A stretch of 51,675 nucleotides of DNA, taken from a virus. Taxonomy: Duplodnaviria > Caudoviricetes. The translations under genes were made by a program, and so were the position numbers. This document shows, one piece after another, positions 48,662 to 51,675 of this stretch. The DNA lies in the IMG/VR virus record IMGVR_UViG_3300008255_000165, positions 1-51,675 of that record; one strand, given 5' to 3'. How positions within the stretch are numbered: the stretch's first letter is position 1; each line of letters starts with the position of its first letter. A model generated the notes under the pieces. That model was not told where the DNA came from. It ran no database searches and saw only the letters and a program-made list of their open reading frames with translations.

Positions 48662-49110
48662 TATTTGCACCCCTGCAGAGACCTCGCTAACTTTTTCAGC
48701 TTGCGCGCCAACTTTTTTGCGTCTTCTGCAGATAATTCTGCTACAGAAAGCCCTTTTCCGGGCGTATCAAGAAAAATCTGCACAAGCCCATCTTTTTCTC
48801 TACAGTCATAATTTAATGAGGTCTTCCAGCCTGTTAGTTCCAAAGGCTCTGCCTTCCAGTCTGTGAACTCTAGTTCGGACGGAGACTTCCACGGGCCCAT
48901 AATCTTCTCGTACGTGGAGGGGGCTATAGGGGAACAGGTTGGACAGTACGTCCAACTCATACTCACCCCCGTAGTACCGCACCCGGTGCTGTCTGACGCC
49001 TTAAGCTGGCCCCCATTGGGATATACTGTGGCCAGGGAGCCCCCGCACATAGGGCAAGTCGGCGCTGATGTAGTCTCGATTACACGCATGTAGTTAGTCT
49101 CATTTTCCAT
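48661..49110 (-). CDS. Hypothetical Zn-finger protein
   Basis: CPMC...CPTC. Confidence 0.65.
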   Translation of the reverse strand: MENETNYMRVIETTSAPTCPMCGGSLATVYPNGGQLKASDSTGCGTTGVSMSWTYCPTCSPIAPSTYEKIMGPWKSPSELEFTDWKAEPLELTGWKTSLNYDCREKDGLVQIFLDTPGKGLSVAELSAEDAKKLARKLKKLARSLQGCK

Positions 49111-49118
49111 CGATACAC

Positions 49119-49349
49119 CTATGAGTAATGCGGCTTCCTTGAAGATAGCTTACCATTAAGCCGCTTCGCAGTAGCCATACTAGCGTACTTGGCTGGTACG
49201 TACACAAAAGATACCAGCTCTCCGCAAGCCATACAAACCCCGCGGGCCACCAGAGCGCCGGCGACATCTTCGAAGAGCTCCTTCTCTATAGAGGAAGCAG
49301 CTCCGCAGGTCGGACATTTACAGAGTACGTGCAGCTCGGTGTTGTTCAT
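49119..49349 (-). CDS. Small Zn-ribbon protein, 76 aa
   Basis: AGGAGG RBS before MNNTE; CPTC...CMAC. Confidence 0.7.
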   Translation of the reverse strand: MNNTELHVLCKCPTCGAASSIEKELFEDVAGALVARGVCMACGELVSFVYVPAKYASMATAKRLNGKLSSRKPHYS

Positions 49350-49649
49350 GATACCTCCTATAGAATGGTATAAATCCCCTAACGTGTAGCCCAGGCCCGC
49401 CGAAAAAACCACCCGAGGTTTGTCCAACGATACATAAGTACAACGTACTATGTATATCCAGCCGCCGGTAACTACCGAAGCGGCCGTGGTTATATGCCGT
49501 ACAACCGAGGCGTACCTTCTAGGTACGCAGCCTGCGTCGCCTCGCAAGCTCGGCTAGCAGGGACCCGCTCAGGTTATAAAAGCGGGGTAGGACGCTGGCG
49601 GTGCTTTTATATCATACATGTAAGAGCACCTAGTAACGAGGAACCCCCT

Positions 49650-50798
49650 ATGTCGAAAATCACTAGACCGAAGCTTCCAGAGACGCGCCCAGAACTAGTG
49701 TCCGAGTGGCATCCAACAAAAAATCAGGGTTTAGCGGTCAGTACACTAACCACCTTTTCCAACAAAAGGGCCTGGTGGCTCTGTGAAAAAGGACATGAGT
49801 GGGAAGCACGCATCGCAGACCGGTCTACTGGGCAGGGGTGCCCCTACTGCTCGGGCCAGCGCGCGTGCCACGATAACTGTCTTGCCACTGTTAACTCGAA
49901 GCTAGCGAAGCAATGGCACCCTACTAAAAACGGAAGTCTTGGGCCATCTAAGGTTATGCCGGGCTCTGGTAAAAAGGTCTGGTGGCAGTGCCCGGAGGGC
50001 CACGAGTGGAAAGCTACTATTAACAGCCGGTCTTGGGGCAAGGGGTGCCCCTACTGCGCAGGTCGGCTCTCTGTAAGAGACACAAGGCTTTCCACCACCA
50101 ACCAGGAACTAGTGTCCGAGTGGCATCCAACTAAAAACGATGACCTGACTCCAGAAAACGTAACTACTAGCTCTAACAGGAGGGTCTGGTGGCGCTGTGC
50201 TAATGGGCACGAGTGGGTAGCTTACGTATTTAATAGAGCTAGGGGGTATGGGTGTCCTTACTGCTCAGGTGCCTTGGCCACCCCGGAAAACTGCTTTGCT
50301 ACGCTTAACTCCCACCTAGTACCGGAATGGCATCCCACTAAAAACGGCGATTTGACTCCATACATGGTTACTAGAGCCTCTCGCAGGGAGGTTTGGTGGG
50401 TCTGTGCCGCCGGCCACGAGTGGAAAGCTAGAATTTCCAGCAGAGCCCGCGGTCATGGGTGCCACACCTGCATGACAGGTCCTGTTTCTGAAGTCTCCCA
50501 ACGCTGGTTAGACTCCTTAGGTGTTCCACCTGAGTATCGCGAGGTTCCAGTTAAACTGGCTGGTAGAGAGCGTCCCTTTAGAGTTGACGGTTTTGACCCA
50601 GAGACCCTCACAGTGTATGAGTTTCTCGGGGATTTTTGGCATGGGAACCCTGCTGTACATAACCCAGACGACACTAACACTGTAAATAAAAAGACGTTCG
50701 GGGCTCTATATAAGAAAACCATCCGGCGGCTAGAGCTACTTCGCAAAGGTGGTTATAACGTGGTGTTCATCTGGGAGTACGACTTTAGGAATCAATAA
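49650..50798 (+). CDS. Zn-ribbon-repeat endonuclease, copy 3 (only credible + strand gene)
   Basis: GAGG RBS before MSKIT; four repeats; VDGFD...YEFLGDFWHG...IWE. Confidence 0.85.
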   Translation: MSKITRPKLPETRPELVSEWHPTKNQGLAVSTLTTFSNKRAWWLCEKGHEWEARIADRSTGQGCPYCSGQRACHDNCLATVNSKLAKQWHPTKNGSLGPSKVMPGSGKKVWWQCPEGHEWKATINSRSWGKGCPYCAGRLSVRDTRLSTTNQELVSEWHPTKNDDLTPENVTTSSNRRVWWRCANGHEWVAYVFNRARGYGCPYCSGALATPENCFATLNSHLVPEWHPTKNGDLTPYMVTRASRREVWWVCAAGHEWKARISSRARGHGCHTCMTGPVSEVSQRWLDSLGVPPEYREVPVKLAGRERPFRVDGFDPETLTVYEFLGDFWHGNPAVHNPDDTNTVNKKTFGALYKKTIRRLELLRKGGYNVVFIWEYDFRNQ

Positions 50799-50804
50799 CC
50801 TCCC

Positions 50805-51371
50805 CTACGCGGCGAGGATTTCTGCTTTTGCCATAGCGGAAAATTTCGGAATTCCCCACTTAGCAGGCCACGGAAATAAATAGCTTACGGAGCAGACAGC
50901 CGCCCCGAAGGCCTCGGCTCTATTGATGATTGCTCTAGGGTCGACGCTAATTTTGCGCATGAGCTCTTCGCGGATTGCAAATCTTTCTGCGTCTAATTCA
51001 AGCCAAAATCGTACATAAGCAAGACCAGCGAACGGCGGAAGTAGGGCATACAGTATTAGGTAGAGGGGCACCCCGAGCATGGGGTGAATCCCGAACCCGC
51101 ACCACCTAAACTGTGTAGTATGCCTTGTCTCATGAAAAAGTGTAGTGAGCACGTCGTAGTACGACCAGGATTCGTCGTAGAACTGAAAGTTTCCTGTGGT
51201 AAACGCGAAGTGCTTGGTGAACGTCTCTTTATCAGCGATGTGAAGCAGCACCACCACCCACGTAATAAACTTTGCAAACCAGTTGTCCTTAGTCATCAGC
51301 ACCACGGTCTTATCGACCGTGCGTGCCAACGCCTGCAGCTCGTCTTTACGCGCTACCCAGGAATCTTCCAT
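50805..51371 (-). CDS. Membrane-associated HEXXH protein (putative Zn protease)
   Basis: FHETRH...ELDAE; hydrophobic segments. Confidence 0.6.
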   Translation of the reverse strand: MEDSWVARKDELQALARTVDKTVVLMTKDNWFAKFITWVVVLLHIADKETFTKHFAFTTGNFQFYDESWSYYDVLTTLFHETRHTTQFRWCGFGIHPMLGVPLYLILYALLPPFAGLAYVRFWLELDAERFAIREELMRKISVDPRAIINRAEAFGAAVCSVSYLFPWPAKWGIPKFSAMAKAEILAA

Positions 51372-51511
51372 TAGACCGACTTAACAGCAGACATTTCTGC
51401 TAGGTCCCAGATGTTGCCGTCGGCGTAAATGTGCAGAACGTACTTCGTAGCCGTAGCTGCAACGGTGTGGGGGTAGTTATCAGGACGTCCTTGATAATGG
51501 TCTCTTGCCAT
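51371..51511 (-). CDS. 46-aa microprotein MARDHYQGRP...
   Basis: GGAGG RBS before ATG at 51511 (the ORF track over-extends it); paralogue of 44408-44551. Confidence 0.8.
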   Translation of the reverse strand: MARDHYQGRPDNYPHTVAATATKYVLHIYADGNIWDLAEMSAVKSV

Positions 51512-51675
51512 GATGGCCTCCATCCTTTCCCTTGAGGGAGGTAGTAATTCTTGAAACGCTTGAATTGGGTGAATTTTTTCGGCGGGGGCTGCATAAAGCT
51601 TTGCGCTTTGCCCAGCGCGTAAGAAGAACACACGTGTTCTGTATACCTAGACAGGTACAGAATAGTAATAAGAAA

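Noticed and set aside
49494-49649. N-terminal extensions of ORFs 49494+, 49547- and 51631-
   Set aside because: Better RBS-linked starts at 49650, 49349 and 51511
1-51675. TAG stop-codon reassignment (code 15)
   Set aside because: Genes are intact in code 11 and TAG is followed directly by the next RBS or start
1-51675. tRNA genes, integrase, reverse transcriptase/DGR, Cas genes
   Set aside because: No supporting motifs seen by eye; tRNAscan and HMM searches were not run

Overview
The window is a segment of a large tailed dsDNA phage genome (probably siphovirus-like; about 52% GC by eye). Almost every gene is on the minus strand. Read right to left there are three blocks. (1) An accessory block (51.6-42 kb) with Zn-ribbon/Vsr-type endonucleases, small membrane peptides, a tandem-HTH protein, a structured non-coding leader and five proteins sharing an N-terminal RD(H/N)Y motif. 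(2) A lysis and host-interaction block (42-28.6 kb) with an intein-split amidase endolysin, DnaX, M42 aminopeptidase, Met aminopeptidase, a volactin-like actin with a membrane-anchored neighbour, a trypsin-like lipoprotein, a cold-shock protein, dNMP kinase and a NusG paralogue. (3) The morphogenesis operon (28.6 kb to the left edge): terS, terL, portal, prohead protease, scaffold, decoration protein, major capsid, a homing endonuclease, neck genes, major tail protein, chaperones and a >3,380-aa tape measure protein that runs off the window and is missing from the ORF track. The best novelty candidates are the RD(H/N)Y-tagged protein family (possible modular virion docking/display signal), the phage volactin-like actin plus membrane adaptor, the intein at the endolysin Zn-ligand Cys, a pseudoknot-capable leader RNA and near-total avoidance of TGA stops. 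All family calls rest on motif recognition by eye; no database searches were run.
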